DNA from: a virus | DNA length: 39,794 nt | Direction: 5' to 3' (one strand) | UHGV virus genome: UHGV-0220445 | In this document: positions 26,011 to 36,100 of the stretch, in pieces | Layout: every line of letters starts with the position of its first letter | How positions within the stretch are numbered: position 1 is the stretch's first letter | The notes under the pieces: generated by a model | Told to the model about the DNA's origin: nothing | Databases searched by the model: none | Seen by the model: only the letters and a program-made list of their open reading frames with translations | Position numbers and translations under genes: made by a program

Positions 26011-29000
26011 CAAGGGAATGTCACAAAACGTAGAGTTTATCCTGTCGCTGGAAGACAAACAGTTTACAGCGTCAATCGATCGTGCGGGGAAACTGCTTAC
26101 TCGATTTGGTGAGCAGGTAACAAAGCCTGCTCAAAAAATCCAAACCTTTGAACGCTCTTTGGGTTCGGTCGCCCGTATCATTGGCGTTCTGGAAAGCAAG
26201 CTCGATTCTACGGCAGATAAACTACAGGATGTAGCTGCCGGTTTTGAGCTTGCTTCAGATGCTACGCGTAAAATGCGTGGCAACATCACCAGCCTCAATT
26301 CTGGTCTTAAAGCCCTGATTGAGCGCGTCGATACGACAACTTCTTCAGTAGATAAACTCACCGCGTCATTACGTAAAGTGCAATCAGAGCTAAATGATTT
26401 CTCTGATTGGGCGACCTATGCAAGCAAAAGCGCAAGCCGCTTTGGTACGGAGGTCAAAGAAGCCTCTGCGTCCGTGAGTGGTATGAATACGCGCCTTAAT
26501 ACCACGACGAAGCGACTCAGTAATTGGGGTGTCACAACGAGTCAGGCTGCCGAGGGACTGAAAAAGGTTCGTGAGCAGATGGACGAAGTTATCGGACGTC
26601 AGCAACTGATTAGCAAGCCGGTACGCGTTCGTACATCTGGAAGTGGTGATGGTGGTAGCGGGCGGCGTAGCGGCGCTTCTGGCCATAGCGGTAAAAGTAA
26701 CGAAGGAGGTATGTTCTCTGGCCTTCGTGGCAACATTTTCCTGCTTGGCGAGATCGGAGATGCAGCAAGAACGGTTACTGACATCATGTTTGGGTGGCAG
26801 AAGCCTATTGTTGAAGCTGCGGCCGAAATGGAACGTATGCGGGTGATGCTTCGAGGGTTGAATAAGGAGAAGTCCAACCCGGGTCAGGCTGCCGCTGATG
26901 ATATGAAGTACATCGTAGACATGGCTCAAAATGCGCCGTTCGCGATGCAGGCGTTAACAGACTCCTTCGTGAAGTTTCGTTCTGCTGGCTTAGATCCAAC
27001 CGATGGTTCTCTGAAGGCGCTGGTGGACTCCGTTGCTCGTTTTGGTGGTGATAGTGAGCTGTTGAAACGTGCGGCTGTGGCCGTTCAGCAGATGTCCGGT
27101 AAGGGCGTTGTGTCAATGGAAGAGCTACGTCAGCAATTAGGTGAAGCCGTTCCTAACGCGATGCAGGCAATGGCAGACGCCGCAGGCATCACTATGGGGG
27201 AACTGACTAAAGCCGTTGCCAGCGGTACGGTTGAGGCAAAACAGGCGTTGTCTCTGATGTTTGTTGGTCTGCGTGCGGAGAATGAGAACGCAGCGAAAGA
27301 CATGATGCAAACCTACACAGGTGCGCTGGCGCAACTTCAGACGTCATTCACGTTATTTGCTGATCGGGTTGGTCAGGCCGGATATCTGGATTCTCTATCG
27401 AAGGGGATGAAAGAACTGGCTTCAATCATGAATAGCGCCGAAGGGATTTCGTTTGCCAATTCTTTAGGTTCGGGGTTAACAACGGCAATCGATGGGTTGC
27501 GTCAGCTTGCTCAATGGTTAGCAAAGAACCAAGAGCTGGTAATTAATCTCGGTAAGGTCGTGGCCGCGATGGTTGCGTTCAAACTGATGCGAGCAGGGAT
27601 CATGGGGGTAGTTGTCGCTGGCAGCCAGATGGTTAGCACCTTTGCCACGATGGCGACCGCTATACAGACTCCATTTAACCTCGGCGCTACAGCAGTAACC
27701 CGATTCAATCGTGCGGCACGTATGGGGCTGGCTCCGATCCCCTCTCTTATTTTCGCCATCCGTGGGGCGATTACGGGGCTTAAAGGCGCTTTTGCTGGAT
27801 TAACGGCGTTCATTGCGGCAAACCCTATAGGGGCAGCATTTACAGTCGCCACTGTAGCTGTTGCTGGCCTAATCACGTACATGACCATGCTCCGCAGCGA
27901 AACTTCAAAGGTCGTTGACGAGATTAGGAAAATACCAGAGGCGATGACGGCGGCCAAACGTGCACAAATGGCCGACCGCGCAGAAAAGCTCGAAAAGCAG
28001 ATTCTTGCTGATCAACGAGCATTAAAAACTGGTGAGGGTGTTAATTACGTATCTAACTCTGCCGGTGTTATTACTCACAAAGAGTCGAAGGCTGACATCG
28101 AAGCACGCCTGAAAAAAAATCAGGAAGAGTATCAAAAGATAACCGGCACGATAGCTCTTGGTGACGGCGCTGTAGCAAAGCGTTTGGCTAAAGAGGCTGC
28201 CGAATCTCAGATTGAGAAAATTCGAGCGGAAAACCAGATTTTCGCGGCAACATTCGTGAAAGCCCGGCAGGAGGCTCTGGATAAGATCCAGAAAATCAAT
28301 GATGACGGTTCACTTTCAGATGACGAAAAGAACAAGCTATTGGCACCGTTACGTGAAACGGTAAACAAAAGCTATCTGGAGCCTGCGCAAAAACTGGTTG
28401 ATTCACTTTCTTCTCGTAAGAATGCGACCGAGAAGCAAATCGCGACTCTTAATGATCAGCTTGAAAAAGCCAAAAAGGATGGCAATACCGAGCAAATCCA
28501 GAAACTGCAAGGCAGTATTCGTGGTTATCAGGAGCATTTGGAAGCCGTTGCTCAGGAACTTACTCAGGCAGAGTTCGAGAGAGATAACGCGGCCAAAACT
28601 GGTAAGGGCGTAATGTCAAACCAGGGGACTGTTCTTGGGTTAGGTACAACTGATAAAGCTGCTCAGAAGGCGTTGGCGCAATATATGCGAAACCAGATGG
28701 ATTCTGCGACTTATCAGCGTACTTTGCCTGACGGCACTCCGATGATGGACTTCGAAGGTAAGCCGATTATTGGGCCTAAACAACTCAAGACGCAGCTTAA
28801 TTTGCAGAAAGCATCCAGCGCCAGCTCTCTGGAGAAAATGAGCGATGAAGAGCGTGCCGCAGCCATTGCTGCACTGACTAAAGCTCGTGAACAGGATGCA
28901 GCAGCTGCCGAGAAAGCAGCCCAACGATCAGCTAACGCCTCGCAGCGTGCGGCCAAGAAGGAACAGGCAGCGCAACAGAAACTGGCAGCCGGATACCAGA

Positions 29001-30589
29001 AGGCTCTGGACAAAGCCGATCAGCTTATGGGGCAAATGGGTGAAAGCTCTAAGGCTACGGTATCGTTTGATCAGTCTCTTCGCGATACAACGAAATCGCT
29101 GACAGATTTGGCTAATGCGGTTCCTAACGAGTTCATCACTCAAGAGATGATCGACAAGGCGAAAAAACGTCTTGAAGACCTCAAAAATGCGACACCTGAA
29201 TATCGCGAGATGTTTAATCGCCGCAATGTTGAGCAGATGATCTCCACTTGGGCACCGGAGGCGGATTCCATTATTAGTGCTGGCTATACGCCGTCTCGCG
29301 AAGAGAAAGTTACTGATTTCGAAGACACCTACAACCGCAATCTCAAAGCGTTGATAGAACTTCGTGATAAGGCGTCTGATCCTAAAGTTGTGGCGCTTTA
29401 TACAAAGAAAATCAATCAACTGATTGCTGCTGGCAATACCGCGCTTATTAAAGAGACGGGGACTGCGACGCAGAAGTTGGCACTGGAATACGAAAATCTG
29501 GCAGAGCAGATCGAAAGCACCTGGACTGATTTGTTTAGTGGCTTAACTGATGTCCTGACTGATTTCGTTATTAACGGGAAGATGAGCTTCTCCAGCCTAT
29601 CTCAGTCCATTTTGAAAGATATCACCAATATGGTCGTGAAGTCGCAGATCACGCTGCCTCTAATGAACATGTTGGGGATGGGAACCACCGCAGCTGGTAG
29701 TTCACAGAGTGGTAATTTGCTCACCGGGGTTGCTTCCGCAGTTGCCAATCAAGGTGTGCGCATAAGCAACACTGTTAATGGCGACAAGTCGGTAGGAGAA
29801 GCCACGAAGGAGACGTCCAGTTCGGTAACTGGATTGGGGCAAACGACACAGCAGACCACCAGCGCAATTGGCACAGCAACAAATGCGATTGGTAGCTGGG
29901 TATCAGGGCTATTTGATAGCACCGAAGCCAAAGATGCTGAGACAAAAGCAGTGAAGGATTCCATCTTCTCGATGCAGAACCTCAGCTCTGTTACCGGCGC
30001 TCTGTCTGCCGCGTTTGCAATGCTTGGAGCTAATGCTTCCGGCTCTGGTAATAAGTGGTTGAATTTCGGCGCGACAGTTGCATCTGGTTTGGTTTCAGTA
30101 TGGGCTGGTGGTGGATTCGATGGATTGATGTCCGGTTCTTCTGGCTCAACTTCCGGGTTCAACAATCTGACCAGTTCTGCTGCCGATGGCACGAATGGTA
30201 TTCCTGCAATTCCGAAGTTTGCAAATGGTGGCATATTCGGAAAAGACGGCGTGATCCCGCTCCGGGCATACCAGAAAGGCGGTATCGCCAACTCACCTCA
30301 ATTGGCGTTGTTTGGGGAAGGCGATATGAATGAGGCGTATGTTCCATTGCCTGATGGTCGAACAATCCCTGTAACGCTCAGTACCGATGGTATGAGTGGA
30401 GGAGGAAATGTTCTTTCTCCGGTATCAATTGAGATCAACGTCCATAGTGACGGTAGCACAACTGAATCCGGCGATACAGAAAGCATATGGAACAATGCCG
30501 CTCAACGGATGAAAGCAATCGCGCTTGAGACTATCGCTCAAGAGAAACGCCCTGGCGGATCACTCAACCCAAACACTCAACGTAACTAA
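25997..30589 (+). CDS. Tail tape measure protein (1530 aa)
   Basis: Length, Ala/Gln-rich helical character, hydrophobic Gly-rich segments, position. Confidence 0.85.
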   Translation: MAEDDKGMSQNVEFILSLEDKQFTASIDRAGKLLTRFGEQVTKPAQKIQTFERSLGSVARIIGVLESKLDSTADKLQDVAAGFELASDATRKMRGNITSLNSGLKALIERVDTTTSSVDKLTASLRKVQSELNDFSDWATYASKSASRFGTEVKEASASVSGMNTRLNTTTKRLSNWGVTTSQAAEGLKKVREQMDEVIGRQQLISKPVRVRTSGSGDGGSGRRSGASGHSGKSNEGGMFSGLRGNIFLLGEIGDAARTVTDIMFGWQKPIVEAAAEMERMRVMLRGLNKEKSNPGQAAADDMKYIVDMAQNAPFAMQALTDSFVKFRSAGLDPTDGSLKALVDSVARFGGDSELLKRAAVAVQQMSGKGVVSMEELRQQLGEAVPNAMQAMADAAGITMGELTKAVASGTVEAKQALSLMFVGLRAENENAAKDMMQTYTGALAQLQTSFTLFADRVGQAGYLDSLSKGMKELASIMNSAEGISFANSLGSGLTTAIDGLRQLAQWLAKNQELVINLGKVVAAMVAFKLMRAGIMGVVVAGSQMVSTFATMATAIQTPFNLGATAVTRFNRAARMGLAPIPSLIFAIRGAITGLKGAFAGLTAFIAANPIGAAFTVATVAVAGLITYMTMLRSETSKVVDEIRKIPEAMTAAKRAQMADRAEKLEKQILADQRALKTGEGVNYVSNSAGVITHKESKADIEARLKKNQEEYQKITGTIALGDGAVAKRLAKEAAESQIEKIRAENQIFAATFVKARQEALDKIQKINDDGSLSDDEKNKLLAPLRETVNKSYLEPAQKLVDSLSSRKNATEKQIATLNDQLEKAKKDGNTEQIQKLQGSIRGYQEHLEAVAQELTQAEFERDNAAKTGKGVMSNQGTVLGLGTTDKAAQKALAQYMRNQMDSATYQRTLPDGTPMMDFEGKPIIGPKQLKTQLNLQKASSASSLEKMSDEERAAAIAALTKAREQDAAAAEKAAQRSANASQRAAKKEQAAQQKLAAGYQKALDKADQLMGQMGESSKATVSFDQSLRDTTKSLTDLANAVPNEFITQEMIDKAKKRLEDLKNATPEYREMFNRRNVEQMISTWAPEADSIISAGYTPSREEKVTDFEDTYNRNLKALIELRDKASDPKVVALYTKKINQLIAAGNTALIKETGTATQKLALEYENLAEQIESTWTDLFSGLTDVLTDFVINGKMSFSSLSQSILKDITNMVVKSQITLPLMNMLGMGTTAAGSSQSGNLLTGVASAVANQGVRISNTVNGDKSVGEATKETSSSVTGLGQTTQQTTSAIGTATNAIGSWVSGLFDSTEAKDAETKAVKDSIFSMQNLSSVTGALSAAFAMLGANASGSGNKWLNFGATVASGLVSVWAGGGFDGLMSGSSGSTSGFNNLTSSAADGTNGIPAIPKFANGGIFGKDGVIPLRAYQKGGIANSPQLALFGEGDMNEAYVPLPDGRTIPVTLSTDGMSGGGNVLSPVSIEINVHSDGSTTESGDTESIWNNAAQRMKAIALETIAQEKRPGGSLNPNTQRN

Positions 30590-30631
30590 CTATCGACTGC
30601 CCCGACCGGGGCAGTCTCACAAGGATGTGAG

Positions 30632-30967
30632 ATGGAAAGACAAACGTTTAATTGGTATCCAGATTACGAATCTGAAAAAAGCGTAAAACCGAATGTAACG
30701 ATACTTAATTTTGGTGATGACTACGAGCAGCGACAGGCTCAAGGTCTTAATCGTATTAAAGAAGAATGGTCGTTAACCTTTACCAGATCATACAACGAAA
30801 TTAATGCAATCGATGACTTCCTGACTGAGCGAGCAGGCGTTGAGTCGTTCTATTGGGTTAATCCAAGAGGAAAACGGATTGTAGTTGTATGTGACAGTCA
30901 TACGGTCAAGCGATATCAGGGGTACTGTGTCTTAACTGCTACATTCAGACAAGTATTTGAGGCTTAA
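30632..30967 (+). CDS. Minor tail protein (lambda gpM-like, 111 aa)
   Basis: Size and position after tape measure. Confidence 0.65.
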   Translation: MERQTFNWYPDYESEKSVKPNVTILNFGDDYEQRQAQGLNRIKEEWSLTFTRSYNEINAIDDFLTERAGVESFYWVNPRGKRIVVVCDSHTVKRYQGYCVLTATFRQVFEA

Positions 30968-30972
30968 GTATC

Positions 30973-30997
30973 TAGATAAGTAAGTACTAATTTACTA
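30973..30997. promoter_or_regulatory. Late-type motif tagataagtaagtactaatttacta
   Basis: Palindrome family. Confidence 0.4.
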
Positions 30998-31049
30998 TCA
31001 TTGTGGCGCTGACAGGATGTTAGCGCCTACTTATTTCAAGGATGAAACA

Positions 31050-31748
31050 ATGGGAATTAAAGCTGATATTCAGAGCTTATCTCCCTCTGCACTCATTGAG
31101 TTGTTCGTACTGGATATGTCGAACACAACTTCAGGGGGGAAGCTATTCTTCCACGCCGGAACAAACGAACTGATGCAACCGGTCGTCTGGCAAGGAGTGA
31201 CATACGAGCCGTGGCCAATCAAAGCATCAGGCTTTGACAAAACGGGCCAGGGAACGTTGCCACGTCCAAAAATTCAGGTATCGAACTTTGCCGGAACTGT
31301 CTCTGCGGAAGTTCAGGCAAACGACGATCTTGTTGGCTGCCGCATTATTCGCAAGATGACGCTGGCTCGCTTCCTCGATGCCGTTAATTTTAAAGACGGC
31401 AACCCAACAGCAGATCCAAACCAACATTTCCCGGATGAAATGTGGTTTATCGAACAGAAAACTCTCGAAACTCATCAGGTTGTCGAGTTTGAATTGTCCA
31501 GTGTGTTCGATTTGATGGGGGTGCAACTTCCGTATCGTCAGATCATTAAAAACACCTGCCCGTGGAAATACCGAGGGCCAGAATGCGGCTATACCGGTCC
31601 ATATTTCGACAAAAATAACCAGCAGACGTCTATGTCTGGTGCGGATTACTGCACAAAACGTTATGACGCCTGTAATGCGCGTCGGAATTATTTTGCCGAC
31701 GGAGTGATCCATTTTGGCGGATTTATTGGAGCTACGCGGTATGGGTAA
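31050..31748 (+). CDS. Minor tail protein (lambda gpL-like) with C-terminal Cys cluster
   Basis: Cys motif CPWKYRGPECGY...YCTKRYDACNARRNYF; ORF track 31017..31748, ATG 31050 chosen. Confidence 0.7.
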   Translation: MGIKADIQSLSPSALIELFVLDMSNTTSGGKLFFHAGTNELMQPVVWQGVTYEPWPIKASGFDKTGQGTLPRPKIQVSNFAGTVSAEVQANDDLVGCRIIRKMTLARFLDAVNFKDGNPTADPNQHFPDEMWFIEQKTLETHQVVEFELSSVFDLMGVQLPYRQIIKNTCPWKYRGPECGYTGPYFDKNNQQTSMSGADYCTKRYDACNARRNYFADGVIHFGGFIGATRYG

Positions 31749-32538
31749 TAAAGCAATCCCTGAGCTTGGCTCTGACGTTATGCAGCAAATCTATCTCTGC
31801 GCCATAAATCGCTACCCTAATGAAGCGTGTGGCTTTCTGGTGAGAACTAATGGCGACAAATATCGCTTTATGGAAGCGCGAAATGTTTCGGAGAACCCGC
31901 AGAACACTTTTGTAATGCACGTTGACGACATTATGGCGGCAGAGGATGCGGGTGATGTTATCGCAATCTGGCATTCACATACTGATGAATCAGCAGAAGC
32001 ATCTGATGCCGATCGTGCAGGCTGCGAAGCGACGGAAGTTCCGTGGATGATTCTGGCTATTCGCAAGAATGTTGAGGGAGATGCCCCTTTCCATTTTAGC
32101 GAGATGAATGTGATCACACCTGATGGTTTCGAAATGCCATACCTGGGTAGACCGTATGTATTTGGCGTATTCGATTGCTGGATGTTGTGTCGGGACTATT
32201 TGAAGCGTGAGTTTAACGTCGAGCTTAACCCGAACGCACACCTGCATATTCCATCGTGGTACACCGGCGATAACGACATTCTCGACCAGAACTACCGAAA
32301 CGAGGGATTGGTACGGCTTGCGCCTGGAACAGAGCCTCAACGTGGGGACGTCTTCTTTATTCAATACGGGAAAATGCCAGATCACTGCGCGGTTTATATC
32401 GGCGATGGAATGATTCTTCATCACCAGATCGACCGTCTTAGTTGTCGTGCTTATTACGGCGGAATGTATCAGAAACATACGACGCATCACTTGCGTCACA
32501 GAGACTTGCTCAAGGGAGATGAGACGTGTCTGAGTTAG
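31741..32538 (+). CDS. Tail tip assembly protein (lambda gpK-like; JAB/MPN + NlpC/P60-like)
   Basis: JAMM motif WHSHTDESAEASDAD; ATG 31741 follows SD ggag. Confidence 0.7.
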   Translation: MGNKAIPELGSDVMQQIYLCAINRYPNEACGFLVRTNGDKYRFMEARNVSENPQNTFVMHVDDIMAAEDAGDVIAIWHSHTDESAEASDADRAGCEATEVPWMILAIRKNVEGDAPFHFSEMNVITPDGFEMPYLGRPYVFGVFDCWMLCRDYLKREFNVELNPNAHLHIPSWYTGDNDILDQNYRNEGLVRLAPGTEPQRGDVFFIQYGKMPDHCAVYIGDGMILHHQIDRLSCRAYYGGMYQKHTTHHLRHRDLLKGDETCLS

Positions 32539-33119
32539 TTCATGTGCAGCTTGGCGGCCCTATGGCCAAACATTTTGGCCGCCACTGGCATCTAAAGGTG
32601 CGCAATACAAAACAGGCTCTGGATTTAATTGAGGCCAACAAGCCTGGGTTTAAAGCATGGATGAAGCGCAATATCAAAACCTATGACCGTTACCACATCC
32701 AGATCACCAATAAACAGGGCCACAAGTGGTCTGTTGACGAAAGTGAATATCAGATGATGGGGCAGTCTGACAACATTGCCAAAATCCGCATTACACCTGT
32801 TCCGCGAGGAAGCGGTGGATCTGCTTTTGGGTGGTTTCAGACGGTAGTAGGGGCCGCTTTGTTGGTTGTATCGGCGGTAGTGATGCCTGCTTTAGCACCT
32901 CTCGGTTTGTCACTGATGATGGGCGGCATATCACAAATCATATCGCCACAAGCCACTAACGAAAGTGTGAGACAGGCAGATAACTCGAACTCTTATTATT
33001 TCGACGGCCCTCAAAATACAGAAAACCAGGGCAACCCAGTACAACTTATCTATGGCGAGGAAATTCTGGTTGGCTCACAGGTTGTGAGTTCTTCAATCAC
33101 GATTGACCAGCTAATGTAA
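32526..33119 (+). CDS. Tail assembly protein (lambda gpI-like)
   Basis: Size and position between K-like and J-like genes; hydrophobic Gly/Ala-rich segment. Confidence 0.65.
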   Translation: MSELVHVQLGGPMAKHFGRHWHLKVRNTKQALDLIEANKPGFKAWMKRNIKTYDRYHIQITNKQGHKWSVDESEYQMMGQSDNIAKIRITPVPRGSGGSAFGWFQTVVGAALLVVSAVVMPALAPLGLSLMMGGISQIISPQATNESVRQADNSNSYYFDGPQNTENQGNPVQLIYGEEILVGSQVVSSSITIDQLM

Positions 33120-33136
33120 ACAAGGATTTTTTGAAC

Positions 33137-36100
33137 ATGGAACAGTTCAAGAAGAAAAAGCTACCGCTGTTTATTGCCGGTGCGGGTGGTAAAAAAAGCA
33201 GCAAAAGCTCCAGCCGTACACCGGTTGAAGCCGACGATACCGTAAATTCTCGTGCAATGGCCGCTATCCTCGATCTTCTTGGGGAAGGGGTAATTGGCGG
33301 CTTAGTAAATGGCGCAAGATCTATTTTTATCGACGATCTGCCGATTGTAAATGAAGACGGTTCCTCCAACTTCAGCGGAATCACATGGGATTTTCGCGAC
33401 GGTTCACAAGACCAGACTCCAATGTCTGGCTTTGATTTCGTTGAAACGCCTAAATCCGTCAATATCCAGTTAAAAAAAACACATTATGTAACGGTTTCAA
33501 TCGATAACGATGAAGCTGATCGGGTTCGTGTCATCATGAAGTTTCCTTCTTTGCGAAGCATAGATAAAAAAACTGGTGACACGAACGGTACGACTGTTGA
33601 GTACAAGTTCCAGATAGCAAATGGCGACTCAACATTTGTAGATGTGGTCGCTGAAGGTGAAAAAAGCGTTGGCATTAAGCTAACAGCAAAGAAGACAGGT
33701 GTTTATTACCGTAGCTATGAGCTGAAGCTGCCTAAGCCTGGACGAGCATACAAGGTTCGTGTGGTCCGTATTACCGATGATAACAGCAGCCAGTATCTCT
33801 ATAACGATACATGGGTGGACTCAATAGGTGAGATTGTAGATACACCGATGAACTACCCAAACTCTGTGCTGGTGGGTCTGAAGGTTAATTCTGAGCAGTT
33901 TGGTAGCACCATGCCATCTCGTTCGTATTTGGTACGTGGATTAAAAATTCGCGTGCCGTCAAACTACAACGAGGCCAGCAACACTTATGATGGTGTATGG
34001 GATGGCACTTTTAAGCTGTTGTCTTCTTCAAACCCCGCGTGGATTCTCTTTGATTTGCTGACCAATGCTCGATATGGCCTTGGTCAGTATGTGTCGGAAT
34101 CTATGATTGACCTTGGCCAGTTGTACCAGATTGGTCGATATTGTGACGAAGAGGTCGATGATGGTTTTGGTGGCAAAGAGAAACGCTTTGCAATCAATAC
34201 GCAGATCACCAGTCGACAGGACGCATACCGGCTAATTCAGGATATTGCCGGAGCATTCCGCGGCATGGTGTTTTGGGCTGGTGGGATGGTTAACATCATG
34301 CAGGATAGCCCATCAGATCCGGTAATGATGTTTACCAACTCTAACGTCAAAGATGGATTGTTTACCTATAAAGGTTCTGCGCGTAAAGATCGCCCATCCG
34401 TTGCGCTCGTAACCTACAACAACAAGGAGGACGGTTATAAGCAAAACATCGAGTACGTCGAAGATCAGGACGCAATGCGCCGTTATGGTGAGCGTAAAAC
34501 AGAAGTCGTAGCATTTGGCTGTACAAGCCGAGGGCAGGCTCACCGAGTTGGTTTGTGGCTTTTATATACCGCCAGAATGGAGTCGGATGTAATTACATTT
34601 ACTGCCGGCTTAGACGCGTCATTTCTGATGCCTGGTGAAACCGTTCTGATTCAGAACAAATATCGCGCAGGCAAACGTAACTCAGGTCGAATTGTGGCGT
34701 TTACCAAAAACAGCGTCACACTCGATGCGCCTGTGTCGTTAGCCAAAGGCGGCTGCTTTATTCGAATACTGAATCAGGAAGGCAAAATCGTTGAACGCGA
34801 TGTTCTTGAAACTGGCGAAAATATAACAAAAGTTACGTTTTCAAAAGCCCTGTCTTCGGCTGAAACGCCTGTTTTGAACGGCGTCTGGACTATTACAGAA
34901 CCAGACCTCGAACCTATGCGCGTTCGCATCGTTAACATCGCGCAGGGGGAAACGCCGGGTAGCTTTGACATCACCGCTGTTGAGAACAATCCGTCTAAAT
35001 ATGAGGCAATCGACAATGGTGCAACGCTGATTCCGCAGAATACGACGGTATTGGACCCAACTTACTCCAAGCCATCTAATTTGCAAATCACTGAAGGGAC
35101 TTATCTCTCAAGCCCGGGCAACCTGTCAGTAAAACTGACTGCAACATGGGAAGGGAAATCTCCAGAGTATTGGATCAGTTGGCGACGTTCTGATGAAAAC
35201 AATGTATCGAACTGGCAATCGGCGCGTGTAACCGAAGAGCAATACGAAATCGTTAATGTCGCGGAGAATGGACGCTACGACTTCCAGCTGTATGCGGTTT
35301 CATTCAACGGTAAAAAAACAGAGATTATCAGTGCCGTTTATCAGGTGTTGGGCACAATGACACCGCCGGATTCCCCAACGTCATTAACGGCCGTTGGAGA
35401 CTATCGTAATGTGATACTGAATTGGGTTAATCCAGATTCGGTAGACCTTGATCACATTAATGTTTACGCATCCCAGACCAACAATCTGGATACGGCGAAA
35501 CTGATCGCAGAGTCTGCAAGCACCACCTTTACACATGCTGGTCTTGGGGATAGCGAAACGTGGTATTACTGGGTTCGAGCATCGAACAAGCGAGGTATGT
35601 TAAGTCCTCCGAACTCAAACTTGGGTACAGAGGCGACAACTCGCGATGTACTGTCGTTCCTGACTGGCAAAATTACATCTTCCGAGCTTGGTCAGGCTCT
35701 GCTTGAGGACATCAACAGCAAAGCCTCTCAAGAAGCAGTTGACGAGTTAAATGAGCATATCAACCAGAGCGTCGAATCTTTGGAGGGGGCGGTAAACGAC
35801 GTTAAGGAAGATATAGCTGAATTAGATAAGCAGTTCAGCGATAACCTCGCGGATTTTGAAATAAAATTCAACGAGCGTAGCGATGCTTTGGAGAACGCAC
35901 AAACCGAGCTTAAAGGTGAGGTTTCGGCAACGATCGACAAGGTCAATGAAGCGTTTGAAAAAATTGATGCTACTGATGCTGCAATTGTTGAAATCGAAAA
36001 CACCGTATCTGAACACGATAAAGCTCTCGCTAATACAGTCGAGGCAATAAAGGCTGCAAGAGATGAAGCGGCGGCTCTTATTGCTAAGGAAAGCGAGGCT

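Noticed and set aside
26390-29419. Several antisense or alternate-frame ORFs within the tape measure gene
   Set aside because: All lie inside the long continuous tape measure frame and translate to low-complexity sequence.
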